A stretch of DNA of 32,000 bases. Origin: Synechocystis sp. PCC 6803 substr. PCC-P (GTDB taxonomy: Bacteria; Cyanobacteriota; Cyanobacteriia; Cyanobacteriales; Microcystaceae). The notes under the pieces were generated by a model. The model did no database searches and had not been told where the DNA came from. It worked only from the letters and a program-made list of their open reading frames with translations. Both the position numbers and the translations under genes were made by a program. Of this stretch, positions 1-9,937 are shown piece after piece. The first letter of the stretch is position 1; each line of letters begins with the position of its first letter. Location: contig NC_017039.1 of assembly GCF_000284455.1 (NCBI RefSeq), positions 2,430,001 through 2,462,000 of the forward strand, in the 5' to 3' direction.

Positions 1-264
1 CAAGATCCTGCCCTCCATAACTATAAAGAAGCTTTGCAGGCATGGACCCAAGCCCACTACAAATGTTTACCAGAATACCGAGTAGAACCCCTGGATCAAA
101 ATTTGCCCCAACAGTCAGGTTTTCAGGCAACGGTTTGGCTTGGCGATCAACCATTGGGTAGTGGTAGTGGTTCATCGAAAAAAAGTGCTGAACAGGCCGC
201 CGCTCAACAAGCCTACCAAGATTTTATTGCTAAGGAAATTTTACCCATGCCCAAAATAAATTAA
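1..264 (+). CDS. rnc: Ribonuclease III, C-terminal portion (5' end lies upstream of the window)
   Basis: Frame 1 is open from base 1 (QDPALHNYKEALQAW...) to TAA at 262-264. The tail (GFQATVWLGDQPLGSGSGSSKKSAEQAAAQQAY) looks like the dsRNA-binding domain that ends RNase III proteins. Confidence 0.75.
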   Translation, partial: QDPALHNYKEALQAWTQAHYKCLPEYRVEPLDQNLPQQSGFQATVWLGDQPLGSGSGSSKKSAEQAAAQQAYQDFIAKEILPMPKIN

Positions 265-284
265 TTTGGTTAGATAGAGTTGAG

Positions 285-2588
285 TTAACAGATATATTGC
301 CGAGCCTGAATTTTAGCTAACAGTTGACCCATGCAAATGGCACCGTCGTTGGGCGGTAGTTCTCTGGGCCACAAAGGAGAAAAACCAGCTTTTTTGAGGG
401 CAGTAATGGTACTGGCAAGCAAATAACAATTTTGAAAGCAACCTCCCCCCAGAGCAACTTTTTCGATTCCCTGCTGTTGGGCAATAGTGATAATTAAATT
501 TACTAAACTGTTGTGGAATTTAGTGGCTATTAGGTTAGTTTTGCTTCTATCTTCTGTGGTTATAGCTTTAATTAAGGGGCGCCAATCAACAGCTAATTTT
601 TTTTCCTTGTTGTTTAGAGTCAAAGGATAATACTCCTCAGTTAAATTTGGCATAATCTGAGCTTCCAGAGCTATGGCCGCCTGACCTTCAAAAGTTACTT
701 CGTTAATCAATCCTATCAGTGTCGCAATACCGTCAAATAATCTTCCCATACTCGAAGTGAGCGGTGCTTGCCCTCGTTGCCAAAGTTGACGTAAATTTTT
801 GTTGTTTAGATCCTGATTTAACCTGCTGTTTATCTTGTTTTTAAACCCATTATTGAAATTCAACCAATTTCCTAAAGAATCAGCAGAAAAATCATCACCA
901 AAAGTGGGCCATAACAACGCCAAAGCAATCCGATGGGGATATTTAATGGCTTGTTGATTACCTAATAAATGAAATGGTTGTAGATGAGCAATTCTCTGCC
1001 AAGTACCTTGGGTGATTTTTAAAAATTCTCCCCCCCAAATAGTACCGTCCATGCCGTAGCCAGTGCCATCCCAAGCAATACCTAACACGGACTCCTCCAT
1101 AACTCCATGTTCCGCCATAACCGCTAAAATATGAGCATAGTGATGCTGCACAAAAGTGACAGGCAAAGCTTGGTTTTCAGCATATTGATGACTGAAATAA
1201 TCAGGGTGTAAATCTGCAACAATTTCCTGGGGAGAGAAATCGTATAGCTGGCTTAAATGGGCAATGGCTTCTTCAAAATTTTGGTAGGTGGGAGCAGAAT
1301 TCAAATCGCCCAAATGTTGGCTGACGTAAGCTTGATTTTGTTTGGCGATCGCCACTGTATTTTTATAATGACCTCCCATCGCCAATAGTTTTTTTTGAGT
1401 AGGCTTTGGTAAAGTAATGGGTTGAGGAGCGTAACCCCGGGCTCGACGCAAAAATAATGGCTTCCCAGCTACTATTTGGACAACGGAATCATCCACTGGA
1501 CAAACAATCGGGCGATCATGAACGAGAAAACCGTCAGCAATATTTTGTAACCGGGTTAAAGCGTCAATATTATCAATGCAAATTTGCTCCCCAGCTAAGT
1601 TACCACTGGTAGCTACCATGGGTTTCTTTAATTTTTTTAGTAATAAGTGATGCAAAGGAGTATAGGCTAACATTACGCCGACTCGGGGGTTGCCTGGGGC
1701 AATATTTTCCACCAAAATTAATTGTTTTTTTTTGTTTAATAACACAATAGGGGCGGCGGCACTTTGTAACAATTCAACTTCTAGATTATTAGGTTGGTAA
1801 TGCTCCACAATTTGACCAAGATTACCATACATTACCGCCAAAGGTTTATCCGGTCGATGTTTCCTTAATCTTAATTTTTCCACAGCTTCAAAATCAGTGG
1901 CATCACAACACAAATGGAAGCCACCTAAGCCTTTAATAGCGATAATATTGCCGACTTTTAAATTATCTACAGCAAAGTTTAAAGCTTCATTTGCTTCTGC
2001 AATTACTTGGCCTTGTCGGTTCCAAAAAGCCAGTTGGGGGCCACAGCGAGGACAGGCATTAGGTTGGGCATGGAAGCGTCTATCGCCTGGTTGCTTATAT
2101 TCCCTTTCACAGTCGGTACATTGGCGAAACCTAGCCATGGTGGTACGACAACGGTCGTAAGGTAGGGCTTCAATAATGGTGTAGCGGGGACCGCAATGGG
2201 TACAGTTAATAAAGGGGTAAAGATAACGGCGATCGCTAGGGTCAAATAGTTCTGTTAAGCAGGCGGAACAAGTGGATAAATCGGGTAAAATACTCGCAGT
2301 TTTAGGGCCATCACTACTGGGGCGGATAGTAAAGTTAGTAAAACTTTCCAGCGGTAACTGTTCAACGGCTAATTGTTCAATCAAACCAGGGGGAGGTAAT
2401 GTCTTCGTTAATCTCTCCGTAAAGTCGGCGATCGCCTTTTCGTCGGCGGTAATGACAACGGTAGCTCCTTGAGTGGAATTATTCACCCAACCATTCAGTC
2501 CCATTTCCTGGGCAAGGGTATAAACAAAGGGACGAAAACCCACTCCTTGCACCCTTCCCTGGACCTGTATGGCAACGGTTTTTAACAT
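285..2588 (-). CDS. hypF: [NiFe]-hydrogenase maturation carbamoyltransferase HypF
   Basis: Acylphosphatase-like N-terminus (VAIQVQGRVQGVGFRPFVY). Two paired Cys zinc-finger motifs (CSACLTEL...CTHCGPRY and CTDCEREY...CPRCGPQL), then YrdC-like and Kae1-like regions. The ATG at 2586-2588 (MLKTVAIQ) is preferred over the TTG at 2631-2633 used by the ORF track. Confidence 0.92.
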   Translation of the reverse strand: MLKTVAIQVQGRVQGVGFRPFVYTLAQEMGLNGWVNNSTQGATVVITADEKAIADFTERLTKTLPPPGLIEQLAVEQLPLESFTNFTIRPSSDGPKTASILPDLSTCSACLTELFDPSDRRYLYPFINCTHCGPRYTIIEALPYDRCRTTMARFRQCTDCEREYKQPGDRRFHAQPNACPRCGPQLAFWNRQGQVIAEANEALNFAVDNLKVGNIIAIKGLGGFHLCCDATDFEAVEKLRLRKHRPDKPLAVMYGNLGQIVEHYQPNNLEVELLQSAAAPIVLLNKKKQLILVENIAPGNPRVGVMLAYTPLHHLLLKKLKKPMVATSGNLAGEQICIDNIDALTRLQNIADGFLVHDRPIVCPVDDSVVQIVAGKPLFLRRARGYAPQPITLPKPTQKKLLAMGGHYKNTVAIAKQNQAYVSQHLGDLNSAPTYQNFEEAIAHLSQLYDFSPQEIVADLHPDYFSHQYAENQALPVTFVQHHYAHILAVMAEHGVMEESVLGIAWDGTGYGMDGTIWGGEFLKITQGTWQRIAHLQPFHLLGNQQAIKYPHRIALALLWPTFGDDFSADSLGNWLNFNNGFKNKINSRLNQDLNNKNLRQLWQRGQAPLTSSMGRLFDGIATLIGLINEVTFEGQAAIALEAQIMPNLTEEYYPLTLNNKEKKLAVDWRPLIKAITTEDRSKTNLIATKFHNSLVNLIITIAQQQGIEKVALGGGCFQNCYLLASTITALKKAGFSPLWPRELPPNDGAICMGQLLAKIQARQYIC

Positions 2589-2633
2589 TATTCTACTTCC
2601 ATTAATACTGTTAAATAACCTGCTATGCCACAA

Positions 2634-4130
2634 CTAAGAATTAGCGTTATTTTTCCAATAAGATGCTAATAATTGGTGGGGATAGGGAGAGGCAACGAGA
2701 GCTTGGGCTTGATGGTAATGGGCGCTATAATCTCGATGGCTCCGGTCAACTTCCTCCGTTGGGAGAATAGTTTTTAACTGCTTGAGAGTTTGCACCGCCA
2801 CTGTAGGAAAAAAGGAAAACTTACCCGGTAACACACAAAGGTAGTTGCTCTGGGGATTAACTTCAATCCAATAACTATAGCGACGTTTTTGGGCATCGTC
2901 ACTAATGAACTCCGTTTTAACGCAATCGTAACTCCAGAGTTGACGTTGATATAAATTTTCTTCGCTGAAATACCGTGCCGCCGTATCCAAAAGTAATTCA
3001 ATTTCTCCACTAGCTAAATAATCATTTTCGTTACTGACGTAACCAGAATTTGCCAGCATGGAATAGTTTAGAAATTCCGAAGAATCAGGAATATTTGCCC
3101 TTTGAAAAAAATGATTGAAATGGTAGGAGTTTTTAGTGGACATCCGCACGAAATTATGGGAACTAATGGCAGGGTAAGCTACCACCATGGTGCTGCGACT
3201 TTGTTTTAGCTTAGCTCGCACCTGTAGAGTGGGTAAAATGCGCTCAAAGCCTGCTCCCACTGCAAAAATAAACGCTTTGGCTTTAAGGTAATGTTGCTGT
3301 CCTTGGCAATCTCGATAAAAGATACTTTGTACCCTGACTGGGCCATAACGATCCACATTAATTTGTTCTAAATTAATTCCGGTGGCGATCGCCGTTCCGT
3401 GGGCCAGGGCGCTGGCGGTAAGATCCTGCAAAATCCCCTGGGTATCCATGGCACAATCTAAACTTTTCAACAGGGCATAGTCACTGGGTTTTACCCCATG
3501 GCTAAGGTCAAATTGTTGGCAATAGTGACTAATTTTTTCCGACTGACCTAATAGACTGCAACTCCGCTGTTCATAACTTTCCAAATGGTCATAGTCCGGT
3601 GCCACTGCTCCATTGCCCGTCGGCGATCGCCAATTGAATTGCTGCCCATAGGCCATTTCCAAACGACCCAACACCCGCTTTAACTGCATTTCCAACTGCA
3701 CCCGATCCCCCTTGAGGCCGGACTGGAGCATTTCTGGGGAGTGGCGTTGGGGATGGATCAGGTAAACGGGATTGGGGTCGAACCAACCTGCGCCGGTAAC
3801 TGTGGGGCGGTAACCGTGGTCAAATTGCTCCAAGGTCAAATTACAGCGACCCGCGAAATAATGGCTGTAATGGTTGAGTAAATCCTCCACCCCATTAACG
3901 CAATTAAAAAAAGTCTGACCATCATCCTGGCCCGAATATAGGGCCCCCGTATGGAACCAACCCTCCAATTTGCCGGAGGAATCCCCCCCCAAATGGCTAT
4001 TTTGTTCTAACAACTGCACTGACAGGTTAGTATGGCGGGCCACATATTCGGCGATCGCCACCCCAGCAATGCCTCCCCCAATGACGGCCACATCGACCCG
4101 ATTGATTGCCGCCGCACCAACTTGAACCAT
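2634..4130 (-). CDS. FAD-dependent oxidoreductase (DAO/GlpA-like fold, specific function unknown)
   Basis: 498-aa ORF with ATG at 4128-4130. N-terminal dinucleotide-binding motif DVAVIGGGIAGVAIAEY followed by LLEQ. The TAG stop (2634-2636) abuts the hypF ORF on the same strand. Confidence 0.75.
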   Translation of the reverse strand: MVQVGAAAINRVDVAVIGGGIAGVAIAEYVARHTNLSVQLLEQNSHLGGDSSGKLEGWFHTGALYSGQDDGQTFFNCVNGVEDLLNHYSHYFAGRCNLTLEQFDHGYRPTVTGAGWFDPNPVYLIHPQRHSPEMLQSGLKGDRVQLEMQLKRVLGRLEMAYGQQFNWRSPTGNGAVAPDYDHLESYEQRSCSLLGQSEKISHYCQQFDLSHGVKPSDYALLKSLDCAMDTQGILQDLTASALAHGTAIATGINLEQINVDRYGPVRVQSIFYRDCQGQQHYLKAKAFIFAVGAGFERILPTLQVRAKLKQSRSTMVVAYPAISSHNFVRMSTKNSYHFNHFFQRANIPDSSEFLNYSMLANSGYVSNENDYLASGEIELLLDTAARYFSEENLYQRQLWSYDCVKTEFISDDAQKRRYSYWIEVNPQSNYLCVLPGKFSFFPTVAVQTLKQLKTILPTEEVDRSHRDYSAHYHQAQALVASPYPHQLLASYWKNNANS

Positions 4131-4268
4131 AAACTATGCTGAATTTATCCATGGGAGCTTTAACCCCCCTATTCTAGATTCAATCCGGTAAACCATGGCC
4201 ATGCATAAGCACGGCAAACAGAGCTCAAGCTCACCGGAAACTCTGCCACTATAGACTTTCCTCTTCCC

Positions 4269-5054
4269 ATGACCACTCTGTACAATCTGCTCGCCATTCT
4301 CCGTAAAGAGCTACTAAGTTATTTTGGTTCTCCTTTTGCCTATGGCATTGCCGCCATTTTTTGGTTAATGTCGGGAATTTTCTTTTCTTTGATGCTCAGT
4401 CAAATTATCTCCAACGTTGAGTTTTTGCGGCAGTCGGGGGTTTCTGAGCCAGTGGATGTGGCGGGGGATTTTCTTTCTAGTTATTTAGGCTTAATTATTT
4501 CGTTGATTTTAGTACTACTACCTGCCCTTTCCATGGGACTGTACGCAGAAGAAAGAAAGCGAGGCACCCTGGAATTATTGGCCACCTCCCCAGTCACCAA
4601 TTGGGTGGTGGCGGTGGGCAAATTAATGGGGGCATTACTGTTTTTCTCAGTGTTGTTAGTTCCCCTATGGATTTATCAAATCATTATCTTTTCTGCGGCT
4701 AATCCTCCCCTACCAAGCGGTTTAGTGCTAGTGGCCAATGGGGCGGTAATTCTAGTGGCGGCGGCGGTGCTTTCCCTAGGCATGTTCATTTCTTCTCTGA
4801 CGGAAAACGTGATAATTGCCTACATTCTCACCTTCGTTTTAATTTTGATGCTTTGGATTATGGATGTATTTGCCCAAAACCTAGGCGGGGCGATCGCCGA
4901 TGTCTTCGCCTACCTTTCCCTTTTCCAAAGTTACCAAGATTTAATTAACGGAGTAATCAATAGTAAAAGCTGTGTGTTATTTGCCAGCTACATTTTTCTG
5001 GGTATTTTCCTCACTGCCCAGTCCATCGAAGCCCTAAGATTTCAACGTTCTTAA
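4269..5054 (+). CDS. ABC-2 type transporter permease (about six predicted TM segments, no adjacent ATPase)
   Basis: 261-aa strongly hydrophobic ORF. The N-terminus (LAILRKELLSYFGSPFAYGIAAIFWLMSGIFF) is typical of ABC-2/GldF-like permeases. Confidence 0.7.
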   Translation: MTTLYNLLAILRKELLSYFGSPFAYGIAAIFWLMSGIFFSLMLSQIISNVEFLRQSGVSEPVDVAGDFLSSYLGLIISLILVLLPALSMGLYAEERKRGTLELLATSPVTNWVVAVGKLMGALLFFSVLLVPLWIYQIIIFSAANPPLPSGLVLVANGAVILVAAAVLSLGMFISSLTENVIIAYILTFVLILMLWIMDVFAQNLGGAIADVFAYLSLFQSYQDLINGVINSKSCVLFASYIFLGIFLTAQSIEALRFQRS

Positions 5055-5060
5055 CCCAAG

Positions 5061-5714
5061 TTAACCGGGGCCGCCATGCTCAAACACATTGCCATACATA
5101 CCCAAATCAAGGGTTACCATCACCGGTAAACACTCGAAACACCTTTGGGCTAACCGTAAACGATCCTCCCTGGCCAGCATTTTTTCTAACTTATGGCGCA
5201 GGGGAATCAAATAACGTACATCATTGGCAGCATAGGCCAATTGGGCCTTACTCAAATTAGCCGCGTTGCCCCAATCGGAACATTGGGAAGACTTATCCAA
5301 TTCCACTCCCACCAATTCCTGCACCAGCGTTTTGAGTCCATGGTGGGAAGTGTAGGTACGGGCAATTTTGCTGGCAATTTTAGTACAAAAAATCGGATAA
5401 GTTTTAATGTCAAAGGTGTGTTTTAGTTGGGCCGTGTCGAAACGAGCAAAATGGAAGATTTTAGTGATACCTGGGTCTTCCATCAATCGGGTCAGGTTAG
5501 GGGCCTCCTCCTGGCCTTTGGCAATGCGTAAAGCCGTCACATTGCCCTCTGGATCACAAATTTGCACCAAGCAGAGGCGGTCCCGATGGGGATTTAAACC
5601 CATGGTTTCCGTATCCACCGCAACTTCTTTGCAAGCCAAAAGCTGCTGGCAAACGTCTTCGGGTAAATCGTAGTCAAAAACTTCGAACTGACTCAGGGTA
5701 TCGGCAGAGGGCAT
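5061..5714 (-). CDS. rnd: 3'-5' exonuclease, short RNase D-like (DEDDy family)
   Basis: Exo motifs VAVDTETMGL, ITKIFHFARFD and YAANDVRYL. The ATG at 5712-5714 (MPSADTL) is preferred over the TTG at 5723. Confidence 0.82.
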   Translation of the reverse strand: MPSADTLSQFEVFDYDLPEDVCQQLLACKEVAVDTETMGLNPHRDRLCLVQICDPEGNVTALRIAKGQEEAPNLTRLMEDPGITKIFHFARFDTAQLKHTFDIKTYPIFCTKIASKIARTYTSHHGLKTLVQELVGVELDKSSQCSDWGNAANLSKAQLAYAANDVRYLIPLRHKLEKMLAREDRLRLAQRCFECLPVMVTLDLGMYGNVFEHGGPG

Positions 5715-5747
5715 GGTAAGCAATAAAAATCAATAAAAGAAAATTTC

Positions 5748-6641
5748 CTAGGGGCGAAAATCCGCAGGGGTGGGGGTGCGGCGTCGGGGAGGATTTGGTT
5801 TAACCACAAGGGCCGGTTTGGGAGTAACCGTTTCCATTTCTTTGGCAACGGAGTTTTCTTCGGTCACAGTGCTGACACTCTCTTCTTCCATCACCATGCC
5901 GGACTGTTCATTAGCGGGTACTTCTGGTACTTCCTGCTTAATGATAATTTCCGTCCCGGTTTCCGTTACCTCTGTTGGAGTGGGGTTAGGATTATTCTCC
6001 AAGGTCTGAACCGGCTCAGGGGCAATGAGTTCTTGTTTTTCTGGGGTGATTGGCTCTGGGCCCACAGGGCTAACAGCGGTTCCGCCCAAAATAGCGGCCT
6101 GGGTGCCACTAATGTAGTAGTGCCCCAAAACTTGACCTTCGTAGGTGCGTTTAGTGAACTGCCAGCCTGGGTTGAGCTGTACCTGCATAAAACCTGCGCC
6201 AATCCCCTTGGTACTACCAACTACGAGTTCGGGGCCGCGGCCGTTGCGAGAAGTGGCCACCAAAACTAATTCATTGCCCCTGGGTACAAGACGTAATAAG
6301 TAATCCAAGCCATAGTCCTGGCCATCGATGCGGATGGAATAGCCGTTGCTGTCTGTGGCGCGGCGGCAGTGGCCAGTGAAGTCAAAATTTAACAGCAGGG
6401 GATCCACCATGGCCGGTGCTCCGGGGGTGACATCCCAACATTTGTTTTTACCGGGAATCTGTTCAATCACCAAAAGGTCATACTTAGTGGTTTCGACGCC
6501 ATAGGGGCGGGCCACTGCAATTACCTCAGTTTGATCGATCGCTGTTTCGGTGAAGGTACTGGCGGAGACGGGGGTGAAGGGAGCCAAGATAGCCCCGACG
6601 GCCATGGCTAGGAAGGGGTGTGGGAAAAATTTCCAGTTCAT
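5748..6641 (-). CDS. Secreted cyanobacterial hypothetical protein (DUF3747-like) with a Pro/Glu/Thr-rich C-terminal tail
   Basis: Signal-peptide-like N-terminus MNWKFFPHPFLAMAVGAILAPFTPVSAS from the ATG at 6639-6641 (the ORF track starts at an upstream TTG, 6656). The family call is from memory of similar cyanobacterial proteins. Confidence 0.6.
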   Translation of the reverse strand: MNWKFFPHPFLAMAVGAILAPFTPVSASTFTETAIDQTEVIAVARPYGVETTKYDLLVIEQIPGKNKCWDVTPGAPAMVDPLLLNFDFTGHCRRATDSNGYSIRIDGQDYGLDYLLRLVPRGNELVLVATSRNGRGPELVVGSTKGIGAGFMQVQLNPGWQFTKRTYEGQVLGHYYISGTQAAILGGTAVSPVGPEPITPEKQELIAPEPVQTLENNPNPTPTEVTETGTEIIIKQEVPEVPANEQSGMVMEEESVSTVTEENSVAKEMETVTPKPALVVKPNPPRRRTPTPADFRP

Positions 6642-6917
6642 AAGAGAAATAGTCAACGCGGCATAGGATTGTTAACCCCATCAAGCCCGAAAATGTTCCC
6701 CAACGGAGCCCCAGAGAGACAGTCTGCAGGTTGGAACAGAACGTCTGGGAACCAGGCTCAGTCAAGATTGCTAGCCCATTCTACCAAACGGGCCCCCAGG
6801 GCTTTACCCATGGCCGAAAAATCGAGCAACGGCAATGGGCTTTGAGCTTGTCTAGCGGTTGGGGGGAGAGGATGGCAAAATGGAACAACATAATACAGGT
6901 GACATTCTCGTTTTTCT

Positions 6918-8138
6918 ATGGATACCAAAGCTTTTAAACGGTCTCTGCACCACTCCGACAATTACCATCGCAAGGGGTTTGGCCATGGGGAAGAGGTGAT
7001 GGGGGTAATGAATACGGAATACCAAAGTCACCTAATCCAGGAAATTCGTCAGAATAATTACCGCCTAGAGCGGGGGGATGTCACCATTCTGTTGGCGGAG
7101 GCCTTCGGTTTTTGCTGGGGCGTGGAGCGAGCCGTAGCCATGGCCTACGAAACCCGTCAACATTTCCCTGGCGATCGCCTCTGGATTACCAACGAAATTA
7201 TCCATAATCCTTCGGTGAATCAACGACTGCGGGAAATGGAAGTGAATTTTATTGATGTGGTTAACGGGGAAAAGGATTTTAGCGGCGTGGCCAAGGGAGA
7301 CGTGGTGATTCTGCCCGCCTTCGGGGCCAGTGTGGAGGAAATGCAGCTACTCAACGACCGGGAGTGTACCATTGTCGATACTACGTGTCCTTGGGTTTCT
7401 AAAGTTTGGAATTCGGTGGAAAAACATAAAAAGAAAGAGCATACTTCCATCATCCACGGCAAATATAACCACGAAGAAACCATTGCCACCAGTTCCTTTG
7501 CTGGGACCTATTTAATTGTTTTGAATATGGCCGAAGCCCAAAAGGTTTGTGATTATATTCTCCACGGTGGCGATCGCCAGGAATTTTTAGACTATTTCGC
7601 CAATGCCCATTCCGCTGGTTTTGACCCGGACCAAGATTTAGTTCGTTTGGGGGTCGCCAACCAAACCACCATGCTGAAAAGTGAAACGGAAATGATTGGC
7701 AAATTGTTTGAAAAAACCCTGTTGCAAAAATATGGCCCAATCGAGTTGAACAATCACTTTATGAGTTTTAATACCATTTGCGATGCCACCCAGGAACGGC
7801 AGGATGCCATGTTTGATTTAGTTGAAGAAGACTTGTCCTTAATGGTAGTTATTGGTGGTTTTAATTCTTCTAATACGACCCATCTCCAAGAAATTGCGGT
7901 GGAACATGGTATTCCTTCGGTTCACATTGACAGCGGCGATCGCATTGGGCCGGGCAATCGGGTGGAGCATAAGCCCCTGGGCAAGGATTTAGAAGTGTTG
8001 GAACCCTGGCTACCGGCGGGGAAAATTACGGTGGGGGTGACTTCCGGCGCTTCTACCCCCGACAAGGTAGTGGAGGAAGTGATGAAAAAAATCTTGGCCA
8101 TTAAGGAAGCCCAACCCGTCCTAGAAATTGCGGGATAG
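6918..8138 (+). CDS. ispH: 4-hydroxy-3-methylbut-2-enyl diphosphate reductase (IspH/LytB), long cyanobacterial form
   Basis: 406 aa. Conserved IspH blocks [61 protein letters not shown] and [11 protein letters not shown]. Confidence 0.93.
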   Translation: MDTKAFKRSLHHSDNYHRKGFGHGEEVMGVMNTEYQSHLIQEIRQNNYRLERGDVTILLAEAFGFCWGVERAVAMAYETRQHFPGDRLWITNEIIHNPSVNQRLREMEVNFIDVVNGEKDFSGVAKGDVVILPAFGASVEEMQLLNDRECTIVDTTCPWVSKVWNSVEKHKKKEHTSIIHGKYNHEETIATSSFAGTYLIVLNMAEAQKVCDYILHGGDRQEFLDYFANAHSAGFDPDQDLVRLGVANQTTMLKSETEMIGKLFEKTLLQKYGPIELNNHFMSFNTICDATQERQDAMFDLVEEDLSLMVVIGGFNSSNTTHLQEIAVEHGIPSVHIDSGDRIGPGNRVEHKPLGKDLEVLEPWLPAGKITVGVTSGASTPDKVVEEVMKKILAIKEAQPVLEIAG

Positions 8139-8759
8139 GGAAGGATCGGGGCTGGCCTGGCTGTTGAGCATGAGGCGTAAATTTTGACAGCGCAACAGTT
8201 CATTAAAGCTGAGGGTACTGCGGTTTTCAATCCTGGCCGTGTTTTCGATCGCCGTTAACAGGGCCTGGATGGCTTCTTTTTGGTTGTAGCCCCGACGTAC
8301 CGCTACCTTGAGGGCTTGGGCGTCAGCTTCGATTTCCCGTTCATTGCTTTGGTAACCCCGCCAAATTTGTTGAGCAGCTAAGGCCGTTAATCCTCCGGCC
8401 ACCACCATGCCTACCCCATCCCTTTGCCAAAGTTGTACCCCCACGGCGATCGCCCCCGCCACGGTCAACCCTTGGTATAAATCTGGCTTGAACCAACGGA
8501 TATTAACCAAACGACAGACCACACTCAGCATCAGCAAATCCCGTTCCTGGATGGTCAACTCCCACCACAGACTAAAATTAATTTTCACCAGGCGATCGCC
8601 AAATTGCCAGGGCTTAGGAAAATCACAATCAATTACCCGGGACTGTTTCGGCTGGGCCTGGAGTTTAACTAGCATCCGCCCCGAAGCCGGCATCAACTCT
8701 TTCAGACGACGAACTTCCGTTTCTTGGTCACTGCCTTGATAGGTTCCCTGGCGGTTCAT
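8121..8759 (-). CDS. Conserved cyanobacterial hypothetical membrane protein (DUF3318-like)
   Basis: 212-aa ORF with ATG at 8757-8759 and two central hydrophobic segments. Its 3' end overlaps the ispH 3' end by 18 bp (convergent). Confidence 0.6.
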   Translation of the reverse strand: MNRQGTYQGSDQETEVRRLKELMPASGRMLVKLQAQPKQSRVIDCDFPKPWQFGDRLVKINFSLWWELTIQERDLLMLSVVCRLVNIRWFKPDLYQGLTVAGAIAVGVQLWQRDGVGMVVAGGLTALAAQQIWRGYQSNEREIEADAQALKVAVRRGYNQKEAIQALLTAIENTARIENRSTLSFNELLRCQNLRLMLNSQASPDPSLSRNF

Positions 8760-8856
8760 AGTGATTTAAATCTTAGCTAGCATCGACTTCAAGTCTGACA
8801 CATACTTTCGACAACGTTAAACAATAAATGTTGGCAATTGTTATGGCGATGTTTAA

Positions 8857-9727
8857 GAGCGTGTTTGAAAAGTAGGGTGAAGAATGGAAAATGGTGAAAA
8901 GAATAAAATTTTCACCATAATTAATGATAATTCGAGAATTTTACAGCACGGACATCACAGATAGCCAGTGGCAATTGGTAGAACCCCATTTACCCAAAGC
9001 AAAAACTGGGGGAAGAAAACGGAAAACTAGTCTGCGGGAGATACTCAATGCTATTTTTTACATGCTCAGAACGGGGTGTGCCTGGCGACTTCTGCCCCAT
9101 GATTTTCCTAAATGGCGAACGGTCTATGGTTATTTCCAGCCATGGCACGAAGATGGTACCTGGAAAAAATTAAACCGTATCTTCCGTGAGAAAGTTCGGC
9201 TCAAAGCTGGAAGAAATACTCACCCTAGTGCCGGTTGTTTAGATTCACAGTCACTTAAAAAGGCTGGAACTGGCCAAGAAACTGGCTATGACGGCGGAAA
9301 AAAGGTCAATGGTCGTAAACGTACAATCCTCGTGGATACCATGGGATTACTTCTCGATGTTGTCGTCCATGGTGCCCATCGCTCCGACCATCAGGGTCTG
9401 ATTCTACTTGCTACCTGGTTTGCTCCCCTTTGGCAGTGCCTGCAAGTTATATGGACTGATAGCACCTTTGGCGGAAAGGATTTTATCTATTGGGTGGAGC
9501 ATACTTTTGGTTGGAATTTGAATGTCGTCAGCAAAAAGCAGGGACAAAAAGGTTTTGAAGTCTTACCCCGCCGTTGGGTAGTCGAGCGCACCTTTGCTTG
9601 GTTTGGTCGCTATCGTCGTTTAAGCAAGGATTATGAATATTTACCTACCACCAGTGAGACCATGCTCTATGTTGCCATGGTTCATCTCATGCTTCAAAGG
9701 CTTGCTTAAAACTTTTCAAACACTTTC
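8857..9727 (+). mobile_element. IS5-family insertion sequence (ISY523-like), 871 bp, apparently intact
   Basis: Terminal inverted repeats GAGCGTGTTTGAAAAGT (8857-8873) and the reverse complement of 9711-9727, GAAAGTGTTTGAAAAGT (15/17 match). Flanked by the direct repeat TAA (8854-8856 and 9728-9730). One uninterrupted transposase ORF inside. Confidence 0.88.
8924..9709 (+). CDS. IS5-family DDE transposase
   Basis: 261 aa. N-terminal DSQWQLVEPHLP...GRKRK...ILNAIFYMLRTGCAWRLLP and C-terminal RWVVERTFAWFGRYRRLSKDYE are hallmark IS5/IS427-group blocks. Confidence 0.9.
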   Translation: MIIREFYSTDITDSQWQLVEPHLPKAKTGGRKRKTSLREILNAIFYMLRTGCAWRLLPHDFPKWRTVYGYFQPWHEDGTWKKLNRIFREKVRLKAGRNTHPSAGCLDSQSLKKAGTGQETGYDGGKKVNGRKRTILVDTMGLLLDVVVHGAHRSDHQGLILLATWFAPLWQCLQVIWTDSTFGGKDFIYWVEHTFGWNLNVVSKKQGQKGFEVLPRRWVVERTFAWFGRYRRLSKDYEYLPTTSETMLYVAMVHLMLQRLA

Positions 9728-9937
9728 TAAGGGATTGTATGTCCTTTGAGCTAAAGCTCGACGTCAAAGGAACCGTTTTGGTGAACAATTAATGAACAAT
9801 CGTTAAAAATCCTAGTCAGTGGCCTAAGCATTCCGTCCCCTTGAGCTTTTGGCCTGTGCCCTTCCTTCAATCCATGGAGGAAAATGGCCAGTTCGGTGAT
9901 CGCCGCCACCGTGACCTTTCTCTGTTTCCCATCATCC

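Noticed and set aside
1897-2472. Small ORFs overlapping hypF on either strand or in another frame (1897-2160, 2003-2245, 2272-2472)
   Set aside because: They are embedded in the zinc-finger region of hypF, whose frame is strongly supported, and there is no independent evidence for them.
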